Origin: an uncultured delta proteobacterium
GTDB taxonomy: Bacteria > Desulfobacterota > Syntrophia > Syntrophales > UBA5619
Assembly (NCBI GenBank): GCA_963817385.1
Contig: CAWFOM010000001.1
Span: forward strand, 192,001-256,000
Length of the DNA: 64,000 nucleotides
Reading direction: 5' to 3'
Shown one piece after another: positions 1-8,813 of this stretch; position 1 is the stretch's first letter; each line of letters begins with the position of its first letter. The notes beneath the pieces were generated by a model, which ran no database searches, was not told the DNA's origin, and worked only from the letters and a program-made list of their open reading frames with translations. The position numbers were made by a program, and so were the translations under genes.

Positions 1-43
1 CTGCAATGCATGGTGCGGTATCCGGATATTGTTATGTTTACCC

Positions 44-784
44 CTATCGTTTTCCGATTACTTTCTGGATCAGAGATGGAAATACCCTGTTGAGAAATAA
101 CACGAGTTTCGTTCGGCCAGGCTTGATCTCGTAATCGTCTTTTTCCAGATTCCGAAAGACCTCTCTTGCCAGGACGTCCGGCGATATTTTCCCGGCATTG
201 TCCTCACGCCCCCTCGTCATATCAGTATCTACAAGCGGTGTAATAATCTCAAACACTTTGACAGGAGTGCCCTGTAGTTGACAACGAAGAGACTTGGAGA
301 AAGCGTGAAGTGCCGCTTTTGTAGCACAATAAATCGGCGCACTACTTTTTGGCACAATTCCAAGAAAAGACGACACGTTGATAATAGCTGCTTCAGCCCT
401 CTTTGCCAGGGTGGGTAATAGTATTTTCGTCAGGCGAGCCACTGCTCCAAAATTGATGTTAATCTCTTCGTCTATCTTTTGTATAGCACTATCATCCTCG
501 AGGAAATCATACTGGTGTTGAATTCCGGCATTGTTGACGAGGATATTTAATGATGGGAAATTAGATGTTAAGTGTTCCGACATATGAGCCACTTCCATTG
601 GGCTGGAAACATCACATTGGATTGTATGTATCTTAGGATATTCTTTCTTTACTTGCTCCAATTTATCTATATTTCGGCCGCAGATGATCACTGTGTTATT
701 ATTTTCCAAGAAAACCTTGGCAATCGATAAGCCGATTCCAGATGCCCCGCCGGTAATAAGAACTGTATTTCCCGTTATTTTCAT
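44..784 (-). CDS. Short-chain dehydrogenase/reductase (DltE-like), cassette
   Basis: TGGASGIG, NNAG and YCATK motifs; ACATAAC R''-like site follows the stop at 37-31. Confidence 0.9.
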   Translation of the reverse strand: MKITGNTVLITGGASGIGLSIAKVFLENNNTVIICGRNIDKLEQVKKEYPKIHTIQCDVSSPMEVAHMSEHLTSNFPSLNILVNNAGIQHQYDFLEDDSAIQKIDEEININFGAVARLTKILLPTLAKRAEAAIINVSSFLGIVPKSSAPIYCATKAALHAFSKSLRCQLQGTPVKVFEIITPLVDTDMTRGREDNAGKISPDVLAREVFRNLEKDDYEIKPGRTKLVLFLNRVFPSLIQKVIGKR

Positions 785-811
785 AATTCGTGCCGTTCCT
801 TATCCACCGGA

Positions 812-863
812 CGCCCACAAAAATCAGCCGGAGCGCAAGCGATCGGCTGGATTGACTTGGGCG
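812..863 (-). repeat. Degenerate attC site
   Basis: Palindrome CGCCCA..CAGCCG..CGGCTG..TGGGCG; both core sites have lost AAC/GTT. Confidence 0.6.
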
Positions 864-868
864 ACTTC

Positions 869-1309
869 TCACGCATAGAGTTTCTCTACTCTCTCTTTTA
901 GCGCACGGTTCATCGCTTCAAATCCGCGTTGAGTCTTTTCATACATCGCATTCGGGAACAGATTCACAAGTATTCCTCGAAATTGCTCGCTCTGTCGGAA
1001 GCGTGACTGCCCCGGACTGGCTTGCTCGATGCGAAAATCGTGCTCTCCGTCAAAGAGTCCAGGTATCCAAAGGTGGCCGAGCCACCGCAATCTTTGAGCG
1101 GGTACGGCGTCGAGCACGGTAGGCTGAAATGTCATCGGATTGCCGTCGGGTGGACATATCCTCACCTTCAGGCGGAACCCCTTCTCCGTTTTTCCCGATG
1201 CTTCCCTAATGAATGGATTCCACTGAGGGTAGCTCTTGAAATCGATCAATACTGACCACACCTGCTCAGGAGTACCTCGAATTGCGATTTCAGTTTCAAG
1301 AGCCCTCAC
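869..1309 (-). CDS. SRPBCC / polyketide cyclase-like protein, cassette
   Basis: VWSVLIDFKSYPQWNPFI, LFDGEH and MNRALKERVE motifs; GTG start at 1309 with GGAGG RBS. Confidence 0.85.
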   Translation of the reverse strand: MRALETEIAIRGTPEQVWSVLIDFKSYPQWNPFIREASGKTEKGFRLKVRICPPDGNPMTFQPTVLDAVPAQRLRWLGHLWIPGLFDGEHDFRIEQASPGQSRFRQSEQFRGILVNLFPNAMYEKTQRGFEAMNRALKERVEKLYA

Positions 1310-1333
1310 GACATGCCTCCCTCGGTTGTCGCA

Positions 1334-1390
1334 CCATAACGTAAAAATCAGCGGTGAGCGTAGCGAGTCCGCTGAATTACCTTGATACAT
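1334..1390 (-). repeat. attC site (R'' degenerate)
   Basis: TCAGCGG...CCGCTGA stem; R' GTTATGG. Confidence 0.7.
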
Positions 1391-1895
1391 CCGCTTTGAA
1401 TCCTTCGTGGAAAGCGACAGTGCCCTGCGGAGTATGCCCGTCGAAAGACAGAGCGAAGAAGACCTCCTGTGGCACGCCCTCATGCACAAGTCCAGACATG
1501 TTCTTGAACCCGAATTTCCTGTAGTAATCCGGATGTCCCACGAGACAGCATCCTTGAGCATTCATATCATTCAGACGTGACAACCCTTCTTTTATCAGCG
1601 CTTTGCCGATGCCCTTCCGCTGGTGCTCCGGCAAAACGGAAACAGGTCCAAGTCCATACCAGTTTGGTGTGCCGTCTGAAATGGTCACGGGAGAGAAAGC
1701 AATATGCCCTATCACTCGGCCATCCATTTCGGCGACCAGCGATACCGTAAGAGCTTTGGCGGCACGTAGCGCCTTGATGATGAACTGCTCCGTGTGGTTA
1801 CTGATCTCCAAGGTCTTGAACGCTGCGATAGTCACCTCAGTTATCGCGCAAACATCGTCATTCGTCTCGTTCCTGATAAGAATTTTTGAATTCAT
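1377..1895 (-). CDS. GNAT N-acetyltransferase (YhbS-like), cassette
   Basis: LGPVSVLPEHQRKGIG and GHPDYYRKFGF motifs. Confidence 0.9.
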   Translation of the reverse strand: MNSKILIRNETNDDVCAITEVTIAAFKTLEISNHTEQFIIKALRAAKALTVSLVAEMDGRVIGHIAFSPVTISDGTPNWYGLGPVSVLPEHQRKGIGKALIKEGLSRLNDMNAQGCCLVGHPDYYRKFGFKNMSGLVHEGVPQEVFFALSFDGHTPQGTVAFHEGFKADVSR

Positions 1896-1919
1896 AGTTT
1901 AATATTCCTCTTTCTTGCA

Positions 1920-1980
1920 GGCCAACGTAAAGCTAAGGGGCGCGGCGGCTATTTTGCCGCGTCCCGCTTGAGTGTTAGCC
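1920..1980 (-). repeat. attC site
   Basis: GGCTAAC...GTTGGCC cores with GGGACGCGGC/GCCGCGCCCC stem; upstream stop codon lies in R''. Confidence 0.9.
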
Positions 1981-2130
1981 GATGCTTTCGGGAATAACTG
2001 CAATTGCATCTATCTCCATAAGAAAATCTGGATTCGCTAAGCCAGCGACAAATAGCACTGTGATAAGTGGTGGATTTGGACGGTTCCCCCATACACGTTG
2101 AAATTCTTCAAACCCTGGTTTTGGAGAACG
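1975..2130 (-). pseudogene. RidA/YjgF family C-terminal fragment
   Basis: PPLITVLFVAGLANPDFLMEIDAIAV matches a RidA C-terminus; upstream part of the ORF is not RidA-like. Confidence 0.6.
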
Positions 2131-2244
2131 AATCAACAGAATTCTGACCGCCAACGTAGATAGTACGTGAATTAGCCTGAGTAATAACCACTTGAGAGAA
2201 GGCAGGATTTCTGTGTAGTTCATTCGGATTTATGTATTCAACAC

Positions 2245-2520
2245 TCATTTCTTTACCACCCCGTTCTTGTTTTTCTTTGACGGAGGATGCGCCATCTTCA
2301 TGTAGACGCCACCTGCTTCCAGTTCATCAAGCATTTGATGAAGCCTCTTCGCTTTTGTCTCCTGAAGTTTTGCGCGATCTATCCAGCCAATGTAATCATT
2401 CTGCTGGTACGCTGGTCGCTCACTGTATTCATCCATCAGGCCACGTTCCTCAAGAGCTTGTTTAACGAAGCTGGGCATCGGATATTTAGGTCGCTTCAGT
2501 CCTGAACCCTTTTCAACCAT
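2245..2520 (-). CDS. YdeI/OmpD-associated family protein, cassette
   Basis: RPAYQQNDYIGWIDRAKLQETKAKRL motif. Confidence 0.8.
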   Translation of the reverse strand: MVEKGSGLKRPKYPMPSFVKQALEERGLMDEYSERPAYQQNDYIGWIDRAKLQETKAKRLHQMLDELEAGGVYMKMAHPPSKKNKNGVVKK

Positions 2521-2541
2521 TTATTCTCCAGTTCTTTAAGC

Positions 2542-2609
2542 GGCTAACGAAAAGCTGAGCCGGAGCAGCCCAGGGGGCTGCGATCGGCTCTAGCGACGGT
2601 TCGTTGGTT
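2542..2609 (-). repeat. attC site
   Basis: AACCAAC...GTTAGCC cores; near-identical to attC at 3846-3910. Confidence 0.9.
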
Positions 2610-3036
2610 CCTTGAACATTTCGTATGTTGCTGCGAGTGGAATTACGAAAAGCACAAAAATAATCGCATTGAGCACTGCGTTTTGCCAGAAGCCGGACCA
2701 TAGCGAAAATGCTGTGTCGGGAATAAACCACGCTACCAGCGATACCGTGAGCGTTCTCCAACCCTCAATTTCTCTACGACGGAAGGGGCCGAACAAGACA
2801 TACAGCAAAGCTACCGACCAGCCGGACATCACGGCGCCCAAGACCGCTGAGATGAACGTGATGTAGGAGGTAGCCGATTCGCCGAACGGTGGACTCCCAT
2901 GAGGAGATGAAAGGTAGATGTAGTTGAACAACTTCTGGGTGGACTCTGGGAGAAGGACCATGCTGAGCCCGAAGACAAGGATGGCGCAGGTTGCAATTAC
3001 TAGCCATCGCCACCAGAAGTTGAGTTTTTGATCCAT
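2590..3036 (-). CDS. Hypothetical membrane protein (about 4 TM), cassette
   Basis: Hydrophobic segments; GAGG RBS before MDQK; stop lies inside the attC. Confidence 0.75.
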   Translation of the reverse strand: MDQKLNFWWRWLVIATCAILVFGLSMVLLPESTQKLFNYIYLSSPHGSPPFGESATSYITFISAVLGAVMSGWSVALLYVLFGPFRRREIEGWRTLTVSLVAWFIPDTAFSLWSGFWQNAVLNAIIFVLFVIPLAATYEMFKEPTNRR

Positions 3037-3053
3037 CGTTACTTCCTCATCCA

Positions 3054-3117
3054 TTTACAAGAAGTTCAGCCGGGCGCGGGTCTAACCGCCTGGACGATGT
3101 CGAGCCGTTGGTTAGGA
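3054..3117 (-). repeat. Degenerate attC site
   Basis: R'' TCCTAAC after higA; eroded stem; R' not intact. Confidence 0.5.
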
Positions 3118-3128
3118 GAGAGCTTCGA

Positions 3129-3440
3129 TTATGCCGCGCGTGAGAAGGGACGGACTTGCTTGACGATCTTATCGTGAAGCTTTTCCTTGGCTACTTCCAT
3201 ATCATATCTTGATTGAAGATTTAGCCAAAACGGCGCTTCCATACTGAAAAAATGGCTCAATCGCAAAGCCGTATCGGCGGAAATAGCCCGCCGACCATGC
3301 ACGATTTCATTTATGCGACGGGGTGTAACACCTATGTCCTTAGCTAATCTGTACTGACTGATCCCCATAGGTTCCAGGAATTCTGTAACGAGGATTTCAC
3401 CCGGATGGATGGGAGAAAAATCACGCTTTTTTGTTTTCAT
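3129..3440 (-). CDS. higA: HigA family antitoxin
   Basis: PIHPGEILVTEFL...RAISADTALRL...FWLNLQ. Confidence 0.93.
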   Translation of the reverse strand: MKTKKRDFSPIHPGEILVTEFLEPMGISQYRLAKDIGVTPRRINEIVHGRRAISADTALRLSHFFSMEAPFWLNLQSRYDMEVAKEKLHDKIVKQVRPFSRAA

Positions 3441-3450
3441 TTTACACCTC

Positions 3451-3732
3451 TCAATGATAATCGACGATTTCAACATCGTAGGCATCGCTGCCTTTCCAAG
3501 TAAAACAAATTCTCCACTGTTTATTGATGCGGATGCTATATTGCCCCTTCCTTTCGCCCTTCAATTCCTCAAGATGGTTTGACGGCGGTATGCGCAACGT
3601 TTCGATCACGGTTGCGGAATGAATCATTTCAAGCTTTATTGCAGCAATCCGTTGAATCGCCTGAGGCAATTTTGAGGAAAACCGACCTTGAAACAATTTA
3701 TCGGCGTCCTTGCTTTTGAACGATTTAATCAC
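3451..3732 (-). CDS. higB: HigB (RelE/ParE family) toxin
   Basis: PPSNHLEELKGERKGQYSIRINKQWRICF...VEIVDYH; toxin-first order. Confidence 0.93.
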   Translation of the reverse strand: MIKSFKSKDADKLFQGRFSSKLPQAIQRIAAIKLEMIHSATVIETLRIPPSNHLEELKGERKGQYSIRINKQWRICFTWKGSDAYDVEIVDYH

Positions 3733-3738
3733 AACAGC

Positions 3739-3767
3739 ATACTATCTCAAAAGGATATTATCGTCAA
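3739..3767 (-). promoter_or_regulatory. sigma70-type promoter of higBA (probably leaderless)
   Basis: TTGACG-17-TAGTAT, 6 nt before the GTG start; no SD. Confidence 0.7.
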
Positions 3768-3845
3768 GGGATATTATTTAAGCCACTGCCATAGCAATCC
3801 GAATAGACTTGAGATATTCAGTTGTGTTCATATTAAGGAGTTTTA

Positions 3846-3910
3846 CCTCAACGAAAAGCTGAGCCGGAGCAGCCCAGCGGGCTGCGACCGGCTCAAGCGA
3901 CTGGTTAAAT
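3846..3910 (-). repeat. attC site of first cassette
   Basis: ATTTAAC...GTTGAGG cores; GAGCCGG/CCGGCTC stem. Confidence 0.92.
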
Positions 3911-4421
3911 TTGTTTTTCCTATACGGCTTCAAAAGTATGGGGCCATTTCTTTTTAATGTGTTGATCACAGGACACACTTATTGAGTACCCGTGCAGCAA
4001 AATATCATGTTGTTATATCAAAACACCTCATTTCCCTTTTCACCATACATTGACAAGAATTCTTGTGTAGATGGTTGAGTAGATGTTTTCTTATCAAATA
4101 TTATTTTCTTAATTTGATCGTGGTCTTTCTGATTTAATCTAGCCCAACTATATGTATTGTTTGATTTAGGTTTATCAGAAGAACCTATTACAGTTTTGTA
4201 TATTTGTGTTTGATATCTAAATTCATCATAAGGCACTTTGAATTTCATAATAATAATTAGGTAATTTAGGTCGTTTAGGTTGTAATTAGGTATAGAATTC
4301 TGAACATATGCTATTTCGTGTAAATCATGTGAGGGCATAGTGGACTGCCCCCCCCGGACTGGACAAAGTATGTTAGAGTAGTCGGCAGGATCATCCCCCC
4401 CTGGGGAGAAAGGATCTTGCC

Positions 4422-4772
4422 ATGAGGCCACAGCGAAGGTTCAGTCGAGAGTTCAAACGTCAAGTTGTTGAAGAGCTGCTGAGCGGGGTCAGTACCCCAG
4501 CACAGCTTATACGCCGCCACGAGATTTCTTCCGGGTTACTCTACCACTGGAAGAGGCAGTATGCCAAGGGAGGGTTTGACAACCCGCCCGATAAAGAATC
4601 GACTCTGGAGGAGCGTGTCCGGCAGTTGGAGCAGCTGGTCGGCAAGCTCACCCTTGAGAACGAGTTCTTAAAAAAAGCCGTACAGAGAAGCCTGTCTCCT
4701 CTAAAGAAAAGCGGCAGTTCGTGGCCACCAACCGGCACCTCCTCCAAAACATCCAAAGGGGGTGCGAACTGA
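4422..4772 (+). CDS. IS3 transposase OrfA
   Basis: RRFSREFK HTH and LVGKLTLENEFLKKA zipper; A7 slippery run at 4670-4676. Confidence 0.93.
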   Translation: MRPQRRFSREFKRQVVEELLSGVSTPAQLIRRHEISSGLLYHWKRQYAKGGFDNPPDKESTLEERVRQLEQLVGKLTLENEFLKKAVQRSLSPLKKSGSSWPPTGTSSKTSKGGAN

Positions 4773-5590
4773 TGAGCCTGCCACGCAGCACGTACTACTA
4801 CAAGCCGAAGAAAGAACCCCCTGACGAGACGGCACTTACCAGCCGCATCGAAGCCATCATTGAAGAGTTTCCCGGGTATGGCTATCGCCGGGTAACCAGA
4901 GAACTCCACCGGCAGGGCATCCCCGCAAACCACAAGAAGGTCCTGCGCATCATGCGGGAGCGAGGCCTCACCCGGAAACCCCGGCGCCGGTGGATACGAA
5001 CCACGAACAGCAACCATCGCTACCGGATTTACCCAAACCTGGTAAAAAATCTGGCCGTAACGGGGCCGAATCAGGTATGGGTGGCCGACATTACCTATAT
5101 CAGCATCCAAAGTGACTTCGTATATCTGGCGGTCATCCTGGACCTGTTTTCCCGGAAGGCGGTGGGGTATGCCATCTCCCAGAATATTGATACGGCGTTA
5201 TCTCTGGCAGCGCTGATAGCGGCCATCGTAAACCGGAAGCCCCAAAAAGGAATCATCCACCATTCCGACCAAGGAGTACAGTATGCCGCCCATGACTACG
5301 TGGATATCCTGCTGGAGCATGGATTCCAGATCAGCATGGCCAGAAAGGGGAATCCTTACGACAATGCCACTGCCGAGAGCTTCATGAAAACACTAAAAAC
5401 AGAAGAGATCTACCTCTGGGAATACCGGACACTGGCCGATGTCCAATTCAGGCTTCCGTATTTCATAGAACAGGTGTACAATCACAAACGGCTACATTCC
5501 TCACTGGGATATCTGCCACCGGTGGAATTCGAGGAATTGTTCCTCAAAACCCTTAAACCCTGTCCGGCCGCTCTAACCCAAGCCGTCTAA
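4721..5590 (+). CDS. IS3 transposase OrfB (DDE), -1 frame relative to OrfA
   Basis: WVADITY, HHSDQGVQY and DNATAESF motifs; TGATG coupling at 4770-4774. Confidence 0.95.
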   Translation: MATNRHLLQNIQRGCELMSLPRSTYYYKPKKEPPDETALTSRIEAIIEEFPGYGYRRVTRELHRQGIPANHKKVLRIMRERGLTRKPRRRWIRTTNSNHRYRIYPNLVKNLAVTGPNQVWVADITYISIQSDFVYLAVILDLFSRKAVGYAISQNIDTALSLAALIAAIVNRKPQKGIIHHSDQGVQYAAHDYVDILLEHGFQISMARKGNPYDNATAESFMKTLKTEEIYLWEYRTLADVQFRLPYFIEQVYNHKRLHSSLGYLPPVEFEELFLKTLKPCPAALTQAV

Positions 5591-6118
5591 CCGGAAGGGT
5601 GCAGTCCATAGTGTACTCTTCTTGATATGTAAAATTAAGAACATCATTTTTAATTTTATAAGTTCCACCTGTCATTACTTTTAATCTAAAATTATTATCA
5701 AGTTCACCAAAACCATGAAGAATCATTGCACTTAAACGAAATGCGGCTATTTCACCTCTGTTTACAATTTTGATTCTTTGCATTGTTTTTCCATTTTCGA
5801 TTGTGAAAGGACTAACTTCAGTGAATAATAGAGGATATGATTTTATCTTAAATTGTTCTTGAGATATAGTGGCAAGGCGTTTGGTTTCATCAACCATTTT
5901 TTGTGAAACACCAATGGACTTGTATGTAAAGAATGCTAAAATGATTGTACCCAAAGCAACAAGCCTGTTGGGTTCTAAAATATTCTTTCCAAGCAGAAAA
6001 ACAGTTGACTTAAATCTTTCTGACAGCATAAAGTCTTTTAGGCAATTTTTATACCTATATATGATTTTAAATATCCTTTTCATATCATCCCTTTTATTGA
6101 TGGCTCCTAATTTAATCA

Positions 6119-6285
6119 ATTTAACAGTGTATATATGTATCCTTATGAAAAACCAAACACCGCACTTTTTGCCGTATAAAACGCCGATGAAATTGATGGT
6201 AAATTGACCATAAAATTCATATTATCTTATATTTGCGAATATGCCTTACTTTTATCTTGGCGTTTTATCGGATCGGTATAAAAAT
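6119..6285 (-). promoter_or_regulatory. attI site 1 and upstream putative IntI-binding palindrome
   Basis: ATATACACT-G|TTAAAT at 6125; palindrome TTTTATACCGATCCGATAAAAC near 6262-6283. Confidence 0.75.
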
Positions 6286-6297
6286 CTACGGAGCCTG

Positions 6298-6550
6298 TCA
6301 AAGCCCGTCGACAGGACTTCGCACACCGGTCGGTCCACGATTCAGCACATGAGTGTAAATCATCGTCGTCTTCACGTCTTTATGGCCTAACAGTTCCTGA
6401 ACCGTCCGAATGTCATAACCGGCTTCCAGCAAGTGTGTTGCAAAAAAAGAACGCCGGAATGTATGACATGTTGCCTGTAAATGGTTTTGAAGCGATCGTA
6501 GTGGTCCGATAAGTGGGTAAGATTTTGAGCGGCAATTTTGTCCCGGTCAT
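6298..6550 (-). pseudogene. intI: Integron integrase remnant with large internal deletion
   Basis: Not in the ORF track. Reads [55 protein letters not shown] preceded by about 25 N-terminal codons [10 protein letters not shown]. Confidence 0.92.
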
Positions 6551-6584
6551 TCCTCTGCTCCAAAACCCTATTTGAAACGTCAGG

Positions 6585-6672
6585 AAGAAACCTGCGAACC
6601 CGTGACGGTCCGAAGCCGTCAGCCGAAAAGCGCCGCTACTTAACCATGGTGAACTTCGTTTGTCAATGATTT
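6585..6672 (-). promoter_or_regulatory. Conserved intI leader copy 1 (TTGACA box plus hairpin)
   Basis: 6585-6633 matches 14987-15035 at 44 of 49 nt; TGACGG/CCGTCA stem. Confidence 0.7.
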
Positions 6673-6703
6673 TACGGACTCATCACCTGCAGCCGAAATT
6701 CCA

Positions 6704-6732
6704 TTGACACGCAGGGCCATTCACCTTAGAAT
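6704..6732 (+). promoter_or_regulatory. sigma70-type promoter of CoA-transferase
   Basis: TTGACA-17-TAGAAT. Confidence 0.7.
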
Positions 6733-6789
6733 CGCGTCCGTCAAATGATACTGATTAATCAGCTTTTTCCACGAAAGGGGAGTCGAACG

Positions 6790-7977
6790 ATGAGCTTACC
6801 ATTATCCGGCGTACGGATCCTTGATTTAACACTGATTATGGCCGGTCCCTATTGTACCTTGCTTCTGGGAGACCTGGGGGCGGAGGTGATCAAGATCGAA
6901 AAACCGGGGATCGGTGAATCGTCGCGAGAGATGCCTCCCCATTTTTTCGAGGGTCAATCCGCCTATTTTATCGCCATGAATCGAAACAAGAAAAGCATGA
7001 CCCTCGATCTGAAAAGCGAAGCGGGAAAGAAGATATTCTACGATCTGGCCAGGCAATCCGATGTGGTGATCGATAACTTCCGGCCGGGGGTGGTCAAGAA
7101 ATTGGGGGTCGACTTCGATACGCTCAAGACGATGAACCCCCGCATCATCTGCTGTTCAATTTCCGGATACGGCCAGACGGGGCCCTTCAGGGACCGGCCG
7201 GCCTTTGACCTGGTGATCCAGGCCCGGGGCGGGATCATGAGCTATACCGGGGAGCCGGAACAGATGCCGGTGCGGATGGGCGCGCCGATGGGCGACTTGT
7301 CCGGCGGGCTGTTTGCGTCGCAGGGCATTTTGGCGGCGCTCTATCAACGGGAAAAGACGGGGCGGGGCCAGCGGATCGATATCAGCCTGGTGGACTGCCA
7401 GACGTCGCTGCTCACCTATCGGGCCCAGTTCTATCTCGTGGGAAAAGAGATCGCGCGGCCGGTCGGCTCGGGCCACGTATCGGCCCACCCGATCAGGGCG
7501 TTTCGGACCAAGACCTTTGATGTGGTCATCGATGCCAATACGGAAAGCATCTTTGCCGACTTGTGCGACGCCCTTGGAAAACCGGAGATGTCGCGGGATG
7601 GGAAATTCAATTCCCGGGAGAACCGTCTCAAAAACATGAAGGAGCTCTACGCCATTCTGGAAAGGGCCTTTCTCGAAAAGACGGGAGAGGAGTGGCTGGA
7701 GGCCCTGGAGAAGCGCATCCCCATCGCCCCCATCAACACGATCGATAAGGCGCTTGCCGATCCTCAAACCCTGAGCCGCAACATGGTGGTCGAGGTCGAA
7801 TACGAAAACGAAAAAAAACTGAAAATCTTGGGAAACCCCATCAAGATGTCCGAGGTTGAACAGGAGGTGTTCAAACGCCCCCCCTACCTGGGAGAGCATA
7901 CCGAGGAGATCCTGCGGGAACGTCTCAATTACTCACCGGAACAGATCGAGGAGATGAAAACCGCGAAGGTTGTATAG
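6790..7977 (+). CDS. CoA-transferase family III (CaiB/BaiF)
   Basis: PLSGVRILDL..AGPYC..LGAEVIKIE, NRNKKS, NFRPG and SGYGQTGP motifs. Confidence 0.95.
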   Translation: MSLPLSGVRILDLTLIMAGPYCTLLLGDLGAEVIKIEKPGIGESSREMPPHFFEGQSAYFIAMNRNKKSMTLDLKSEAGKKIFYDLARQSDVVIDNFRPGVVKKLGVDFDTLKTMNPRIICCSISGYGQTGPFRDRPAFDLVIQARGGIMSYTGEPEQMPVRMGAPMGDLSGGLFASQGILAALYQREKTGRGQRIDISLVDCQTSLLTYRAQFYLVGKEIARPVGSGHVSAHPIRAFRTKTFDVVIDANTESIFADLCDALGKPEMSRDGKFNSRENRLKNMKELYAILERAFLEKTGEEWLEALEKRIPIAPINTIDKALADPQTLSRNMVVEVEYENEKKLKILGNPIKMSEVEQEVFKRPPYLGEHTEEILRERLNYSPEQIEEMKTAKVV

Positions 7978-7993
7978 TCATTTATCTATTCCC

Positions 7994-8593
7994 TCAAAGA
8001 CTTAAGCTGCGGGGGATGACGATCCCCCGATCGCCGCCGATCATTTCCCCCTTTCCCTGGAGAAACCACCGGCCGACCAATGCCGCGGTCGCCGCGTCCA
8101 ACTCGTCACCAGTCAGGCCCTCCGGCAGCCCCTTCACCCCCAGCGCACTCAGTCCGGCCAGCAGGCCTGCCGGGTCCTTGTGCTGGCGGGGAATCCCCCA
8201 CAGGTCCTGCGCCGCCCCCGGGTAGCACTCCACCGCCCGGTACCCCATCGCCTCGATCTTCGCCTTGAGCGCCATGCCGCGCTCGGTCAGCATCCGCATC
8301 GGACCCAGGGTGATCGGGAAGAATCGGATGCCCCGCCGCTTCAGCTCGTTATCGCATTCGCGGAAATGGCCGCCTGAGCGGTCATGGATCGTCGCCCGCC
8401 CTTCGGGGAGGCTGAGCGGCGCATCGATCGGAACGAGGTCAGGTCTGGCCCGGGATATCCACTGCAAGATATCCTCGTCGCCGAGGACGACGTGCGTCTC
8501 GGCCTTCAGGCCGCGGAGTATGCAGAGGCCTGTCGAACGGCGCGGGGACCCGGCCAGGTCGACGCCCACGACGACGGGTGGTTTCATCACCAT
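7994..8593 (-). CDS. DUF429-like RNase H-fold predicted nuclease
   Basis: VGVDLAG, IDAPLSLP, ECYPGA and DELDA motifs. Confidence 0.8.
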   Translation of the reverse strand: MVMKPPVVVGVDLAGSPRRSTGLCILRGLKAETHVVLGDEDILQWISRARPDLVPIDAPLSLPEGRATIHDRSGGHFRECDNELKRRGIRFFPITLGPMRMLTERGMALKAKIEAMGYRAVECYPGAAQDLWGIPRQHKDPAGLLAGLSALGVKGLPEGLTGDELDAATAALVGRWFLQGKGEMIGGDRGIVIPRSLSL

Positions 8594-8813
8594 TTACTCT
8601 CCAATTATTCATTTTGACCCCGTTTTCCTCCAGAATCAATGCAAAAGATCGCCATGACCTGTGACTGCTTGCCAATACAGTTTGAGAGTTTTGTCGGACG
8701 CGTCTCATCCCCGATAGGCCCGATGGAACTTGGTTGACTTGCCGGTGCATTTCGAGGAGAATCAGGCATCCTGATGAACGACGGCTTTTGCGGGGTGAAA
8801 GGTAACGACTGTC

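Larger units (their letters stand above)
4341..5608 (+). mobile_element. IS3-family insertion sequence, 1268 bp
   Basis: Terminal IRs TGGACTGC.../...GCAGTCCA; 3-bp target duplication TAG at 4338-4340 and 5609-5611. Confidence 0.95.
4018..6119 (-). pseudogene. AT-rich hypothetical cassette gene interrupted by IS3-family element
   Basis: Removing the IS plus one TAG duplication rejoins ...YQEEYT/MPSHDLHE... in frame (276 aa from the TTG at 6119). Confidence 0.85.
1..6125 (-). mobile_element. Integron cassette array 1 (at least 7 cassettes, continues beyond window start)
   Basis: Co-oriented short genes separated by attC-like palindromes; attI core GTTAAAT at 6125-6119 is the exact complement of the first attC R'' (ATTTAAC); intI remnant immediately upstream. 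Confidence 0.9.

Noticed and set aside
1310..1561. N-terminal extension of the 230-aa SRPBCC ORF
   Set aside because: Runs through an attC and the GNAT gene; an RBS supports the GTG start at 1309
4341..5608. attC-targeting IS
   Set aside because: The element is IS3 family and sits inside a coding sequence, not in an attC
6583..6602. LexA box in the intI leader (GGTTCGCAGGTTTC)
   Set aside because: Only a partial match to LexA motifs I know; not supportable without the host's motif
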